A DNA stretch of 64,000 bases, from the NCBI RefSeq assembly GCF_009914755.1, contig NC_060941.1. One strand, written 5' to 3'. The notes under the pieces are model-generated. The model did no database searches and was not told the origin of the DNA. It saw only the letters and a program-made list of their open reading frames with translations. Shown here in pieces: positions 62,774 through 64,000 of this stretch. This DNA is from the human T2T-CHM13v2.0 reference genome, Homo sapiens. Each line of letters opens with the position of its first letter. The first letter of the stretch is position 1. The position numbers and the translations under genes are program-made.

Positions 62774-63110
62774 GCAGGCGTGGTGGCAAACACCTGTAGT
62801 CTCAGCTACTAGGGAGCCTAAGGCAGGAGGATCGTTTGAGGCCAGGCATTCTGGGCCGTAGTGTGCTATGCCGATCAGGTGTTCACACTAAGTTCGGCAT
62901 CAATATGGTGACCTCCTGGGAGCGGGGCACCACCAGATTTGCTAAGGAAGGGTGAACCAGCCCAGGTCGGAAATGGAGCAGGTCATAAGTAACTCCTGTG
63001 CTGATCAGTAGTGGGATCGTGCCTGTGAATAGCTGCTGCATTCCAGCCTGGGCAACATAGTGAGACCTCATCTCTTACTAAAAAAAAAAAAAAAAGAAAA
63101 GAAAAAAGAA
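62774..63110 (+). pseudogene. 7SL (SRP RNA) processed retrocopy, full length, with poly(A)
   Basis: Alu-domain ends flank the S domain (ctaagttcggcatcaatatggtgacctcc...cccaggtcggaaa.ggagcaggtc...gctgatcagtagtgggatcg); A tail; degenerate TSD aaaaatgtatctag / aagaagtatccag. Confidence 0.93.
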
Positions 63111-64000
63111 GTATCCAGCCCTGAGAGCTGCAGCAAATATTCCTGGCCAATGAATCTGTTTATTGTGCTTTTCAGGTTTATCTGTTTAACTCAAACTGTT
63201 GGAACTTAGAATTGCATCATGACCACTTTAAATATTTTTCAACAAGTATATACACTTTAATATATTTGTTAATATAACTACTCTCCACTGTTTCTGTTGA
63301 ATCAGACCTTTATGTTATGTTGCTTAATAAAGTACAGTAAGTTTTGGCATATATATTTTTTCCATGTAAGTAGCATAAATGCTCAGCCAAACACTTAGTA
63401 TATGATGCCAAAGTAGAAAGCTGAGTCTTCTACATTGATTAGGGCAGGCCTCCCACCCTCCGCTAAGGCATTAAATTATTTTACCCAAGTCACACTTTTA
63501 ACCTATCTGATTAATTTGCCGAATTTGTCTGATTCAGCATTATGGAATTGTACTGTCTCTTTTGGTGCCACAAAATGCTAGGTAATGGCACTTTAGGGGC
63601 TTTGGATCAATCATTTTAATCTTTTTTGGCTTTAGCCCAGTTATCAATAGAGAGTGAGCTAAAGTAGATTCTTATACTGTATATCCTCCAGCTATAAACT
63701 TTTATGGCTATTGAATGTGAAATTTGGGAAGCATCTCATTTCCAGAATTCCACCCTAGCTCAGCAGTTTCACTCTGCTTTTTGTGTTGTGGCAGACTTGT
63801 ATTTCAGTAAGCACCTTCACCTTTTTGATATCCCAGGATTCAAATGAAAAAAAAAAAAAAGACAAAAGTTAGTGGGGGAAAAGAATAGCTTAGTGCAGAA
63901 AAGGGAAAGCTTCCTTTCTTTTCCTGAAACCCCACAGTGTTGTATCCTCTCAATCTGGCTGTTTAATATGAAAGTCAAGTGGCAAAGATAGAAGAAGACA

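Overview
Human (primate) genomic DNA. I recognise it as the 17p11.2 low-copy-repeat region; this is by recall of protein sequences, not a database search. On the + strand, in order: (1) the terminal coding exon and poly(A) signal of FBXW10; (2) about 2 kb later, the CpG-island promoter and all 7 coding exons of TVP23B (FAM18B; 618 nt CDS, 205 aa, all GT-AG introns); (3) a repeat-dense spacer of Alu, L1, MaLR/ERV LTRs, DNA transposons and CR1; (4) from about 46 kb, an apparently 5'-truncated duplicate of a CCDC144 (ANKRD26-related) gene with three open, mutually in-frame exons and an intronic 7SL retrocopy. I found no wholly new biological system. The best second-look items are: the headless but intact CCDC144 exon cassette, one exon of which is phase-compatible with TVP23B donors; a full-length MER85 piggyBac MITE whose right terminus was duplicated by an Alu insertion; a compact UPRE/GASE-ETS-YY1 module at the TVP23B start; a tail-only retrotransposition scar; fold-back template-switch scars inside Alus; and a 73-bp Z-DNA-type tract. 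Exon coordinates were counted from the sequence. Repeat boundaries and subfamily names are by eye and approximate.
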